Assembly (NCBI GenBank): GCA_963752595.1
Contig: CAVVYZ010000020.1
Span: 1 to 64,000 of the forward strand
Reading direction: 5' to 3'
From: an uncultured delta proteobacterium
GTDB lineage: Bacteria > Desulfobacterota > Desulfomonilia > UBA1062
DNA length: 64,000 nt
How positions within the stretch are numbered: the first letter of the stretch is position 1; each line of letters begins with the position of its first letter. Positions 23,591-35,091 of the stretch are shown piece by piece. The translations under genes and the position numbers were made by a program. Under the pieces are notes generated by a model. It saw only the letters and a program-made list of their open reading frames with translations, made no database searches and was not told where the DNA came from.

Positions 23591-23947
23591 GTGAAATCCC
23601 GATCGTTATTGACAATGGTGTTTCTGGCTTTTGTTTTTGTGGGTGCCAGCCCGATGGGGGACTCACAGGCCGCATCCGCGTCCCTGGAGCAGCGGCACTC
23701 AAAACAGGGAATCAGCTGCAAGCAATGTCATGGCGACAAACCCAAGGAGGAACAGGTTTCTATGGAAACCTGCCTGGGCTGCCACGGCAGCTACCAAAAG
23801 CTGGCAGAGGCAAGTAAAGCAAAGACACCCAATCCTCACGATTCTCACATCGGGGAAATTCGCTGCTCCCTTTGCCATCACGTCCACAAGGATTCGGAAA
23901 TGTATTGCAACAAGTGTCATCAGTTCAACTTAGATTTTCCCAAATAA
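23591..23947 (+). CDS. Small tetraheme cytochrome c (flavocytochrome c heme subunit type)
   Basis: Signal peptide; CKQCH, CLGCH, CSLCH, CNKCH; NPHDSH; GTG start after AGGAG. Confidence 0.9.
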   Translation: MKSRSLLTMVFLAFVFVGASPMGDSQAASASLEQRHSKQGISCKQCHGDKPKEEQVSMETCLGCHGSYQKLAEASKAKTPNPHDSHIGEIRCSLCHHVHKDSEMYCNKCHQFNLDFPK

Positions 23948-24007
23948 GCGGAAAAGGACCATTGATTTAAACTTTAACCCTGAAGAAAACCTTGAAAGGA
24001 GACACCT

Positions 24008-25572
24008 ATGAAAAAGGGGAATAAAGATGGGAGCATAAGTAGGCGGGGGTTCATCAAGGGGGCGGCTGCCGGTCTTGGTGCATTATCACTCATGAATCTT
24101 GGAGTCAAGGACTGCACGCGGCACAACCTCCGAAGAAATGGGATCGTGAGGTTAACATTCTCATATTGGGAGCGGGAGCTGCCGGGTGCATGGCAGCGAT
24201 TACGGCAAAAGACGCCGGAGAATCCGATCTTTTAGTGTTAGAAAAATGGGCCTATCCGGGAGGTGCTGCAGCATTGTCATCCGGAACGATCCTTGCCGCG
24301 GGAACTAGTTTACAAAAAGAAAAGGGAATCCAGGATTCAAAAGAACGTTGGTTCAATGATGTCTTGAGACTTTCCGAAGGTGGTCTCAATCCGGCGATAG
24401 TGAAAGCAACAATAGATAATGCCCTTGATTTTTTTAATTTCTTGTACGATTCAGGCATGAGATGGTCAACTATAGATCCCCTTCCCGGATACAGCGCCGA
24501 TCGTTGTTATCGCGATGCAGGCGGTGGCGCCAAACTGATGAAGACCGTCCTTGCACAAGTAAAGAAAAGAAACATCGAAATTCTTCTCGAAACAAAAGCA
24601 ACTAAACTTATCGTGGATTCTTGCGGAGGAGCTTATCCTCAGGGCGTAGTACTTGGCGTCGAGTGCGTGAGAGAAAATGGAAAGGTTTTAAATATCAAGG
24701 CAAAAAAAGGAGTTCTCATTTCTACAGGCGATTTTTCTGCCAATTCTAAATATATGGAGAGCCATTTCCCCCAAATGAAAGGAGCTCTCTTTGTAGGGCA
24801 TCCCGGAAATACCGGGGACGGCATTAAAATGGCTCAGAAATTAGGTGCCGACATTACGGGCTACTTCCCTGAAGGATCACCGCATTGCGTGGAATTTGCC
24901 CCCGGGAAGGCAGTCCTGTGGTGCCGATATGATCTCCTTTCCCGTGATGGACTTATCCTTGTGAACAAAGCTGGAAAGCGCTTCTGTGATGAGATTACAA
25001 GGGGCCATTACACCCCCTTGCTCCCCGAGGTTCAAAGTCAAGAGGATGGTTTCTTCGGTTGCATATTTGACGAAGCGATTGTCAAAACAATAAAAGAAGA
25101 TCAACGTTTTAAAACAAACTTCCGAGGACGTGAAAAGCTATTTAACGATGGATTAAAAGGAGATGGATTCATAATCAAAAAAGCGGATACCTTACCGGAA
25201 TTAGCCCAGAAACTCGGCATGAATCCAGAGGGACTCGCCAAAACAATAGCGGCCTATAATGAAGGCGTGTCCAAAAAGAAGGATGAATTTAACCGAGAGC
25301 CAAAGTACCTGATGAAGATCGATACGCCTCCATTTTATGGCTGGAAAGGTGTTATCGGTGTTCCATCCACACGAGGCGGATTGAGAATGGATGCACAAGC
25401 GCGGGTCCTTGATCCGGACCTTAATCCCATTCCGAGGCTCTACGCTGCTGGGCATACAATTGGTGGATATACAAATGAATCAAGCTACCGCAGCGGCTGG
25501 CACCTCATGAACGCCTTTGTCTTTGGGCGAATAGCAGCAAAGGAATTGCTTGCAAAAAAGCCCTGGGCATAA
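24008..25572 (+). CDS. Tat-exported flavocytochrome c flavin subunit (FAD_binding_2), one frameshift
   Basis: ISRRGFIK Tat motif; frameshift near 24118 joins to GAGAAG; STGDF, NTGDG, LVNKAGKRF, RLYAAG motifs. Confidence 0.88.
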
Positions 25573-25597
25573 ATTGACAGTATAGAGAATCTCTTTT

Positions 25598-25632
25598 GAA
25601 GGGGTGGGGCTAAGATAGCTCCGCCCCTTTCA
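25598..25632 (+). terminator. Probable intrinsic terminator
   Basis: GAAGGGGTGGGGCTA..TAGCTCCGCCCCTTT hairpin. Confidence 0.6.
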
Positions 25633-26254
25633 TTTGAGAAACTCCCAAGTAAGCCCCTACGCCCAATATGGATAAAGCGAAGGATGAAAAGAGTTTGGGA
25701 AACTGGGGGTCAGGTCTTGCAATATCATATTCGTATAGGGGATAGAGGAAGATATTATAATGCAAGACTTTCGTTTGCCGCGAGTAGGGTAAAGCGGGGG
25801 TAAAAACGGGCTGTTTTGGGGTTGTGGTCTAGTGCCACAGTGGTAAACATGTCTCTGGAAGCGTTTATGATTGCCTGCTCGCAGGGAAAGGATGTTTTCA
25901 TCCACAGATACAAGGCAGCTCGCAATTCTTCGTTGACGAACCCCGACCACAAAGAATTCATCCGGAATGTTGAATTCCCAGGATAAAAAGATGAATACCC
26001 TCCACGTAGGGTATTGTACACCTCTCCTTGCAAGAGCCTTCGTTGATCAACCCGAATTCCTGGAAAGGATAAAAGATACTCAACACCGAGCTTCTCAAGA
26101 TCTACAGCATCTGCAGGAAATACTGATAATTGAGGGAGGTCTCTGGATCGTCAGATGAGCCCGGGGAGCCTCCCTTTCTTACGACATGGGCATGCCTATG
26201 AATCACACATTCACTGTTTTCGTAGTTGTTTTGGCCTGTAAATATAATCAAAGC

Positions 26255-26845
26255 CACTACTGTCCGGTTAATTTTCCAGGAAGATTTGTAACTCATATTA
26301 ACAACTAACGGAAGTAGGTATATTCGCTGTTATCGATTTGAATCTTTATAGAGATATCAGCCATAGTCTCCGGAAAGGTACACGACGTCAACATCCTCGA
26401 TTACATTATTCCCGAAGCCGGATCCTTCTATGTCATGGACAGAGGATATCTCGATTTTGCAAGGCTTTATCAAATCAATCTCAGACAGGCTTTCTTTGTG
26501 GTCCGAGCCGAAAGCAATACGAAATATCGAAGACAGTATTCTCATCCTGTAGGTAGATCCTGCGGCCTGATATGCGATCAGATAGAATCAAGGCCTTCTT
26601 CGGAACCAGTGAAAATGCGGTGAAGACTCAAATCCGGATTGCTATTGCCGTCTATGTACTCGTTGCTATCATGAAGAAACGTCTGAAGCTCGACTTCGAG
26701 CTCTACACAATTCTACAAATCTTAAGCCTTACTCTTTTTGAAAAATCACCATTATTGCAAACACTTACTCGCCTTGACTACACTTCTGAAACCATCACTG
26801 AATCCAACCAGTTGTTTTTGTTTCCAGATTAACCGGACAGTAGTG
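26255..26845 (+). mobile_element. Internally deleted IS4-family element (591 bp)
   Basis: Perfect 18-bp terminal inverted repeats CACTACTGTCCGGTTAAT; transposase fragments VHDVNILD..MDRGY and KAFFGTSENAVKTQI. Confidence 0.85.
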
Positions 26846-27073
26846 AACCATCATTTGGATATCATATCTTTAAGTAGCCGGATAGATTACAAATATGTGT
26901 AATTTCGTTTATTGCAATTTTATCATTATCTTATCAAGCCTCTCCTTACAAGGAGTAATATCCAGGTAGGTGTGAAGCCATATTGACTACGGGATCGCAC
27001 ATCCGAATGATCTGCTCCACCATACAGATGATGAGCTTTAGGTCGCCCCATCCCGTGTATATAATTTACATCT

Positions 27074-27965
27074 TCATGATTCACTTCCTTTCATTACCTG
27101 TTCCCTGAGACATTCCGCCAGAACGATGCCAACCTCTGGAGTCGCACCTGACACTCTCTTCTTCCGGATGAGGGTTTCATCACTGCTGCCGAGCATACCC
27201 TCAATGGAAATGACATAGCCGCAGAAATGGGCATAGGCACCTGCAGGCAGTCTGCAGTCCTGGCCGAGTGTCCGGAGGAAGGCTCTTTCCGTCTCGGCGC
27301 AGAGCCTTGTTTCTGTGTGGTCCAGAAGCCTGATGACCCGGAGCACCCCTTCATCGTCGCATCTGCTCTCCACCGATATTATCCCCTGGCCGGGGGAGGG
27401 CAGTATTGTGTGCGGGTCAATAGCAACACCAGGGTGGAAGATTCAGCCTGATAATGCCCGCAGCGGCCAGAATGACCGCATCCACCTCATCTCCAACTTT
27501 CTTGAGGCGGGTTGGGACATTGCCCCGGATATCAACGGCTGTGAGATCAGGCCGAAGGGCCTTGAGCTGGCATCTGCGGCGCATGCTCGACGTGCCCACC
27601 CGTACTCCCGCTGGTAGTGTTTCCAGGGTGTAATTCTCTTTCGAGAAAAGCATATCCCGCGGATCTTCTCTCTTGAGGTATGCCCCGATGGCAAGGCCGT
27701 CCGGTATGATTGCCTGCATGTCCTTGAGGCTGTGGACAGCGATATCGATGCTGCCGTCCAGCAGGTATTTTTCGATATCCTTGACGAACACCCCCTTGCC
27801 GCCTATTGCATCCAGAGGAGTGTTCGAAAGGGTGTCTCCGGTCGTGCTGATGGTTACAACCTCGGTCTTAACCCCGGGTGCCATCGACTCAATCGCCGAG
27901 CGTACGGTATCCGTCTGGGCGAGTGCCAGAGCACTACCCCTTGTGCCTATCCTGATAGTTCTCAT
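27074..27965 (-). CDS. hemC: Hydroxymethylbilane synthase, frameshifted
   Basis: [47 protein letters not shown]. Confidence 0.85.
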
Positions 27966-29168
27966 CGAGCTGGAATATCCTCCGAATGCACTCGATATGC
28001 ATGCTGTCCGGGTACTCCTTGAGAAAACTTACGGGCCTGTTCAGCAACCTTCTGATGGGAGACTGAAGCCTTTTTCTCATCACGTTCCTTTTCCCCTTCG
28101 GGAAGCGCCAGAGAACTCATCTGATCCTGCAATGTATGAATCAACGAGGGAAAACAGATCCTTAATAGTGGTCTGGGCATCCAGGGAGGAGAGCCACTTT
28201 CTCATACTTGTCCACTTCGGATTCGATGATGGATAAGGCGTTTAAAGCCTCCGCCTCCCGGTGGGAAAATGTCCTGTCAACAATGGATTTCAGTGCATCG
28301 ATATCGTAGAGATAGCAGTTGTAGCATTTCCTGCCGCCGGGTCCACGTCTCGGGGAACCGCAATATCGATGATGATGACGGGGATGGTTTTCCTGGCTTT
28401 CATAGCATTCGCTCACCATGCTTTGGTGATGATGGGATGTGGTGATCCGGTGGACGTGATGACGATATCGCTCCAGGTAAGCTCATCGGCGAGGTACTCG
28501 AACGGTCTGGCGGTTCCTCCAAGATCATGTGCAAGATCATAGGCGGTTCCGTAGGTTCTATTCGTGATGATGAGATTCTTTACCCCTCTATCCACGAGTC
28601 TCTTTGCCGCTATGCTCGCCATCTCTCCCGCACCTATAACCAGTACGCGACTGCGACTGATATCCCCGAAGACATGCGTTGCGATTTCAACAGCTTCCGA
28701 AGCTGCCGATACCGGGTACATGCCGATCTTTGTCTCGGCGCGAACCAGTTTGGAAGCCCTGAATGCCCCGTGAAGGGCCTTGTTCAGTATAATTGAAGTG
28801 GTATTGATGCGAGGGTCTCCCGGTACGAATCCTTGACCTGGCCCAGTATCTGGGGTTCCCCGATAACGAGCGAGTCAAGTCCGGAAGCCACCATGAAGAG
28901 GTGCCTACGGCTTCCCGGCCTGAAAAGTATTCGGATACCTTTTTAATGTCTCGTTGTTGATCCCGGAAAGAGCGGCCAGGAGATTATATACTGATTCTTT
29001 ACGATAGCAGTCCAGTAAACTTCGGTGCGGTTGCAGGTGTAGAGGGTAAATGACTCAGAACCTTGTTCCCATAAGGACATGCATGTCTCCGGGATCGATC
29101 CTGATCTGTTCCCGGACATCGACCGGTGCACATTTATGGTTGATGCTGATGCAGTTGATAGGGTCCAT
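27934..29168 (-). CDS. hemA: Glutamyl-tRNA reductase, heavily frameshifted (errors or pseudogene)
   Basis: [54 protein letters not shown] fragments. Confidence 0.8.
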
Positions 29169-29271
29169 TATATGAGCCTTATGCCGTGGGAAGCCGGGAA
29201 AACTACATTGATACGGATAAAGAGCAGCACCATCCCTCCCCCGAGAGACGGGAAGACTTCCCTGCTCCTGC

Positions 29272-30075
29272 TCAGAGATAGCTGTGCAGCCCCGGAAGGT
29301 AGTTCACCCCGAAATAGGTGAACAGAACGCTCACCAGGCCTATCAGGGAGAGCGCCGCAACCCTTCTCGTCACCCCGCCTCCCCTGATCCTCTCATGGAG
29401 CACTGCCGCATAGATGAGCCAGGTGATGAGCGCCCACGTCTCCTTCGGGTCCCAGCCCCAATATCTTCCCCACGCCATCTGGGCCCACACGGAGCCGGTG
29501 AGGATGCCCGCGGTGAAGAAGATGAATCCGATCGTCACACAACGGTAGAACGTGGTCCCCCAAAGGATTTCCCCCGGTAAGAACCCGTTGCCCCTCAGCA
29601 GAAAAATCCCGAAGACCGAAGCCACGAAGAAGGATGCATACCCAAGGAAACAGGTGATCACATGGATGGCGAGCCAGTTGCTTTTGAGCGCCGGGATCAG
29701 GGGCTGGATACTGTTTTCGACCCCGGGAGAGAAAGAGGCATATCCGAGCATCAGGGCCGCGGCAGGCAGCACAAAGGCCAGGACTTTATCCCTGGCCTGC
29801 TCTTTAACGCCGAGCAGGGCAATGAGCACCGTTGCCCAAGAAAAGAAAACCAGGGACTCATAAAAATTTGACAGGGGCACGTGCCCGATCCCATGTGCAT
29901 AGGACTCGCTCCACCGGATGATGATTCCATTCGCATGGAGCGCGAAACCGACCACAGCAATCCAGAAGGCAAGGCGGGCCATCCCCTTTTTTCCCAGGAT
30001 CAGGCCCAGGAGCAACAGGCAGAAAGCTCCGAGGTAGATATAGATGACGATGCCGATAACAGTACCGCTGCTCAT
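29272..30075 (-). CDS. ccsA: Cytochrome c biogenesis system II heme ligase CcsA/ResC
   Basis: WAQMAWGRYWGWDPKETWALITW (WWD domain), GLHSY. Confidence 0.92.
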   Translation of the reverse strand: MSSGTVIGIVIYIYLGAFCLLLLGLILGKKGMARLAFWIAVVGFALHANGIIIRWSESYAHGIGHVPLSNFYESLVFFSWATVLIALLGVKEQARDKVLAFVLPAAALMLGYASFSPGVENSIQPLIPALKSNWLAIHVITCFLGYASFFVASVFGIFLLRGNGFLPGEILWGTTFYRCVTIGFIFFTAGILTGSVWAQMAWGRYWGWDPKETWALITWLIYAAVLHERIRGGGVTRRVAALSLIGLVSVLFTYFGVNYLPGLHSYL

Positions 30076-31187
30076 ACGCTGTCTCCTTCACCCTGAGCAT
30101 ACCCTGCGGGTCCCTTTCGCGCGGCCGTATGGGAGGTGTCGGAAGCATCTCCCTTCCCCGTCTTGGGTCCCTGGCCGGTTCGGGGGACCACTAACACGAG
30201 CAGGAGGCTCACCAGGAAGAGCGCACCTCCGGCAGCCGCCACAGGAGCGCCGGGGTCGCGCTTTACCCCGATGCCGGTGGCATACGAGGCCTCCAGCTTT
30301 TCCAGCGAGAAGGTGTAGGGCCGGAAGCTCGCAGGGTCGAACCCCGGCATCTTCTCAAGGAGACCGGGCATCCGGGCCTTGATGGCGTCGATGTCCTTGA
30401 ACACCCACAGGTACCGCTCCCCTGAGGAGTCACTGATCAGGAGCTTCACTGCCGGCCCCGCGTGCATGAGATCGTCCCAGACCTTCACCACACGTGCCTG
30501 GGTGCCGGGCTGTGAAAGGGGGATGGCCTCTCCTTGCATCACCTTGAAAAACCTCTTTCTGTTGCCGACTTCAACAGACATGGATGCCGACAGGGAAGGC
30601 CGAAAGCTCTCCTGATAGAAACCGATGCCTTCGAAGCTGGCTGGATGATTGACCATCACCCTGGCCCGACCGGCAACATGACCACCTTTAAAAAACGAAA
30701 GGTTTGACACATATTCCCTGGGCATTCCACTCTTGTAATAATCCACATTGAAAGAGTCGCATCGGACAGAGAACCCGAGGTCCTGTGAGTATCCCTTTTT
30801 CACCACCGCCTTGGAAGTGCTCGTTCCCACCGGGATATCCATGAAGCCGTCCAGCTTCAAGGCGCCCAGGGCATAGCCCGCGATTATCAATACGATGCCG
30901 CCGTGCATGAGCAGCATGAGCAGGCTTCTCCTCCTGAGGTTAAGCCATCGCCTCATGCACAGAACGAGATTGACGCACAGGAGAAACCCGGCCCCCATGA
31001 ACAGGATAGAATGAAATATGTCGTACGGGGAGAGCAGGGAGAGGAGCCAGGGGGCCGGGGCATGTACACCGGATGCAGCCCCGCCCCCCTGGGGAAACAC
31101 GGTTCCGATCAGACACAGTACGACAACCAGGAGGAGGAGCGAAACCGTGAGCTTTAATGAGGAGAACACCTTGAGCATATATTTCAT
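30072..31187 (-). CDS. resB: Cytochrome c biogenesis protein ResB/CcsB
   Basis: SSLKL..IGTVFPQ, H-containing TM, VNHP..FYQ, DPG motifs. Confidence 0.88.
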   Translation of the reverse strand: MKYMLKVFSSLKLTVSLLLLVVVLCLIGTVFPQGGGAASGVHAPAPWLLSLLSPYDIFHSILFMGAGFLLCVNLVLCMRRWLNLRRRSLLMLLMHGGIVLIIAGYALGALKLDGFMDIPVGTSTSKAVVKKGYSQDLGFSVRCDSFNVDYYKSGMPREYVSNLSFFKGGHVAGRARVMVNHPASFEGIGFYQESFRPSLSASMSVEVGNRKRFFKVMQGEAIPLSQPGTQARVVKVWDDLMHAGPAVKLLISDSSGERYLWVFKDIDAIKARMPGLLEKMPGFDPASFRPYTFSLEKLEASYATGIGVKRDPGAPVAAAGGALFLVSLLLVLVVPRTGQGPKTGKGDASDTSHTAARKGPAGYAQGEGDSV

Positions 31188-31211
31188 TTCTATTCCCTTC
31201 TACCCTCGCTC

Positions 31212-33717
31212 TCACATGGCCATGAACACCGCCCAGAAGATCAGGGCGGTCAGCGAGAGGCCGAGGATCACGCTTGCGATGCCGAACACGCCTGCGAAGA
31301 GCTGGGAACCAGTGCCCGGGCCTGCGCACTTGATCTCATCGAGCCGGTTTTCCGCGAGGATGCGCTCGTACTCCAGCGGACGCTCGTCTTGAGGGCCTCG
31401 AGAGTGTACCTGCCCGTGAACACGTTCCTCTCCAGCGGGAACTTGTCCGGTACGAGATGGTTGTTGAAGAAGTGGATCGTGAAGATGAACACCGCTGCCA
31501 GGAACGCCTCCTCGGAGTGGGCCAGGTGCACGATGTTGATCATCCATCCGGGCATGAAGTACGACGAGAGCTCGGGTATCCACATGATGACCCCGGAGAG
31601 GCCGATGACGAACATGCCCCAGAATACCGCCATGAAATCGAACTTCTCCCAGTAGGTCCACCGGTCGAACTGCGGCTTCTCTCCCCGTGTTGAAGAACCA
31701 TCTGAACATGCCCAGGCAGTCCTCGATGTCCTTGAGCCGTGGGAACAGGGAGTCGGGCCCGAAGAGCCTTCCCACCCATCCCTTGACCTTGAAGCTGGGA
31801 ACAGGAATTTGAGCGACAGCCAGCAGGTGTACAGGAACAGGGCGCACATGGCAGCCGCGCTGATGCGGTGCACGAGTGCCGCGCCCGCTGGCGCCTCCCA
31901 TCAGGGCCATGAATGCCTTTGCCCACGAGGCGTCGGTGTACTTGATCGGGAACCCCGAGATCACCACGCCGAAGAAGGAGAGGATGAGCACCACGTGCAT
32001 GACCCTTTCCCGCATACCGAACCTTCTCACATACTGACATCCCTGGTCTTCAGGAAGCTCATGCTTCGCTTCCAGGCCTCCCTTGATCAGGCAGCTCTTT
32101 TCCGCATATGCCTTGCGCCACCAGAGGAGCGAGTGGGCCCAGAAGAAGAGGAACACCCCTGCCAGGAGCGCGATCATGAACTTCTTGGCCAGGTACAGCC
32201 CCAGGAACCCCTTCGGGTCTTCCGGGTCAGGGTGGGCCACGTACGACACGAAACGGGGATGAAATCCCTCGTGGCACTTCCCGCACGTCTCTACCAGAGT
32301 TTGAGGGTTCAGGGCGGAAGCGGGGTCGTTCGCGGGCAGGATGTTGTGGGCAAGGTGGCAGTCCGCGCAGCCCGCAACCTTATCGGGGTATCCGAGGGCC
32401 ATCGCCTTGCCGTGATAGGTCTCTCCGTATGCACTGACCGCCATGGGGAACACCCCGTAGCGGCCTGCCCCGCCCCCTTCCTTGTGGCACGAGATGCACA
32501 GGTTGGTGTAGTACTCCCGCTTGTCGGCCATGCCCTTGTCCGTGGAGGCAAAGACAGGCGTATTGTGGGTGCCGTGGCAGTCACTGCACGAAGCGGCATC
32601 CTTGTTTCCCGCCAGGACCTTCGCCACATGCCCCTTCATCACGTACTTGTCCTTGTCGCTGTGGCACTTCAGGCAGGCAGCGATCCCCGAGGCCTTGCCG
32701 CTCGCGGCCTTCACGGCCTCTTCGGGGTGGATATCGGTGTGGCAGTTGCAGACACGAGAGCTTCGCTTTCACCGCGTGGAAGCTCTTCGAGTATTTCTTC
32801 TCGATATCCTGGTGGCATACACCGCAGGAGGTGAGCGCTGGCTTCTGCTGCTTCTTCATGTGCAGGGCGAGGTCCGTTATGCCGCTATGGCAGACGGTGC
32901 AGCTCAATTTCCCATGGAATGTCTGCGCAAAAGGCTTCTCATATTTTGGTCCGGAGTGGCACGAAGTGCAGTCTGCAATCGAGAGTGCGGGTCCCTGAGG
33001 GGCAGGGGCCGCTTTAGGCTTCAGGATCTTTGGTGCCGGGGCCTCCCGAGGATGGATGCCGGCGTGGCACTGGGCGCAGGAGAACTTCTTCACGGTCGCG
33101 TGGAACCCCTGCTTCTGAATGTCCTTGTGGCAGGTGAGGCAGGATGCCGTCTCGACCGGCTCGGCCCCCCGCATGTGCTTCGAAATCTCGGTCACACCCT
33201 TGTGGCAGACGGAGCACTGAAGCGCCGCGTGCTTCGTCTGGGAAAAATACTTCCCGTACTCGGGCTTGGAGTGGCACGCCGTGCAGTTCGGCGCAATGCC
33301 CGCCGCTTTAGCCGGGGCGGCTTTGCCCGAAGCTGCAGGAGTTTTCGCATCGGAAGCCTTGCCGGGGGCTGAGCCCGCTTTGACTTCTGTTTCCTTGCCG
33401 GGAGTCTCCGGCGCCTTCGATTTTTGCGGATCGCCCGAGAGCATCTGCTTGTGGATCGCGAGGAACTTGTCGGAAAGGGAGATCTTGCCCTGTCCATGGC
33501 ACATCTGACATTGCATCATCGTCATGCCCTTCGTATCCGGATGGGTTTCCGGAAGAACCTTGGCGACGTCAGCATGACAGGCCGTACAGTCTCCCGGCTT
33601 TTGACCGGGGCCCGCCATCACTATTGAACTCCAAAAGAGTATAGCGATGCAAAGGATGAGGGAGAGGATGAAATACGTTGAAAGATGCCTTAACTGAGAG
33701 TGCATGTCTATACCCAT
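31212..33717 (-). CDS. Multiheme cytochrome c fused to C-terminal cytochrome b domain (CbcL-like), frameshifted
   Basis: 14 intact CxxCH plus one broken by a frameshift near 32750; membrane domain with FDRWTYWEKFDFMAVFWG and HSEEAFLA..IHFF. Confidence 0.85.
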
Positions 33718-33858
33718 GGAGTTGCCTCCTCCTGAGAGATGACTTAGAAGTTTTCTTACCTGCCCATCTTACGCGGCAAACTAGATCGGGTTCAGCTGCC
33801 GCAAGATTGTAAAACCAAACCCTCAGCTTGAAAGCGTAAGGTGACTTGTTTATATAAA

Positions 33859-33916
33859 AACCTACCCCTTAATTTTGAAGAAATTGTGAGCATTATGTGG
33901 AATTCCAGAGGAGATT
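33859..33916 (-). promoter_or_regulatory. 4 x 11-bp box array plus -10-like TAGGTT upstream of the cytochrome/heme operon
   Basis: Minus strand AATCTCCTCTG-GAATTCCACAT-AATGCTCACAA-TTTCTTCAAAA; boxes at 33910, 33899, 33888, 33877. Confidence 0.65.
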
Positions 33917-34221
33917 TCCTATCGCTTTCTTACGGCATGTCAATGGAACGGTCCCCTCCCGGATGGGAGGGGACTCATTACTTTTGCCTTTTTCAACAAG
34001 TATTAACATGAAGGATAGCGGGATAAGCAGGGATAGTTACATTAAAGGGACTTCGTTGGAGTTTTTGATTTATAACGAAGTGGTCTAAATTGAACGAGCT
34101 TATCGAGTCAGCCCACAGTTCACAGCGGAGTTGTTTTATGAGGCCATTTGTAGAGGCTCTATGCTTCCTGTTGGTATTTTGCCATTTGGGGATGTGCTTG
34201 AATCTCTCTTAGGGATAAATT

Positions 34222-34567
34222 CCCCGCAGCTTGCTGCGAGAGGGAGTGAGTGATAGAGCGGATGAGTGAGCATATATCTCCACAAGAGTCATAATGTATC
34301 GGTATTACTCTACCATATAGTATGTCCTGCGAAATATCGAAGGGTGGTATTTTCTGAAGAAGTAGACAATGCATTGAAGAAGGCGTTGTGGGGTGGCGAA
34401 TTTTGGATAGATGGATATTATATCAACACGGTCAGCAGGCATGGGAATGAGGATGTTGTCCGCCAATATGTAGAAGGGCAGGGCAAAAAGGAAGAGTATA
34501 AAAGGCTTCATAGTGAGCAGGTACGATTGTTCTAGGCACCGGATACCCCGCAGCTTGCTGCGGGGTA
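34222..34567 (+). mobile_element. Non-autonomous IS200/IS605 remnant (tnpA with central deletion)
   Basis: HKSHNVSVLLYHIVCPAKYRR joined directly to LWGGEFW..GY..YVEGQ without the HUH motif; flanking CCCCGCAGC-TT-GCTGCG hairpins. Confidence 0.85.
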
Positions 34568-34650
34568 GTTATAGTAGCGGCAATTATTCATCTGAATCCT
34601 AAACGGTTCTTGCCCAGGCTTATGTTCATTTCTTTAATTGCCGCTGCAAT

Positions 34651-34903
34651 AAGAAGCCGTCTTCAGAGAACCGGTCACCCCGGCGAATCCTGAAGTGCCT
34701 GGAATCCCACGGTACTGTACTGGACGCTCTCACGGCAAGTATTATTCCTTCCGGTGAGTGGAGTTGCATATGCTGCCGGTCGAAAAAAGAGCCATTGCGC
34801 ATATAAATCTTCGGACGCAAGCACCGGATGTAAAAGAGATATTCAATCTCCACATAAAAAACACAAAATGATCATATTGTCATCAAATATCGATAGGTAC
34901 CTT
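34651..34903 (+). repeat. Diverged upstream regulatory repeat, copy B, ending in a 4 x 11-bp box array
   Basis: Aligns with 23056-23335; CA boxes at 34851, 34862, 34873, 34884. Confidence 0.8.
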
Positions 34904-34951
34904 CCAAATTAAGGTCCTCCGCCTCTCATCGGGCGGGGGGACCTTGTAGGG

Positions 34952-35091
34952 CGCCCGAACCGGGCACGGAGTTTGGGAAAAAAACAGGAAGGAAGGAGTT
35001 CACCAATGAAAAGATCGATGAAAGGTTTTCTGGGACTGGCCGTTTTGGGTTTCCTGGTCATGTCCCTGCCCGCTTTCGCCAAGGAAGCGGT
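34952..35091 (+). repeat. 140-bp near-identical direct repeat, copy B
   Basis: Matches 20377-20516. Confidence 0.9.

Noticed and set aside
25657-26250. Short ORFs in the AT-rich junction
   Set aside because: No recognisable motifs; probably degraded mobile DNA (a GGGGTCAGGTCTTG repeat-like word is present) but not assignable.
33720-33850. Riboswitch in the cytochrome operon leader
   Set aside because: An imperfect hairpin is present but I cannot match it to a known family by eye; an Rfam search is needed.
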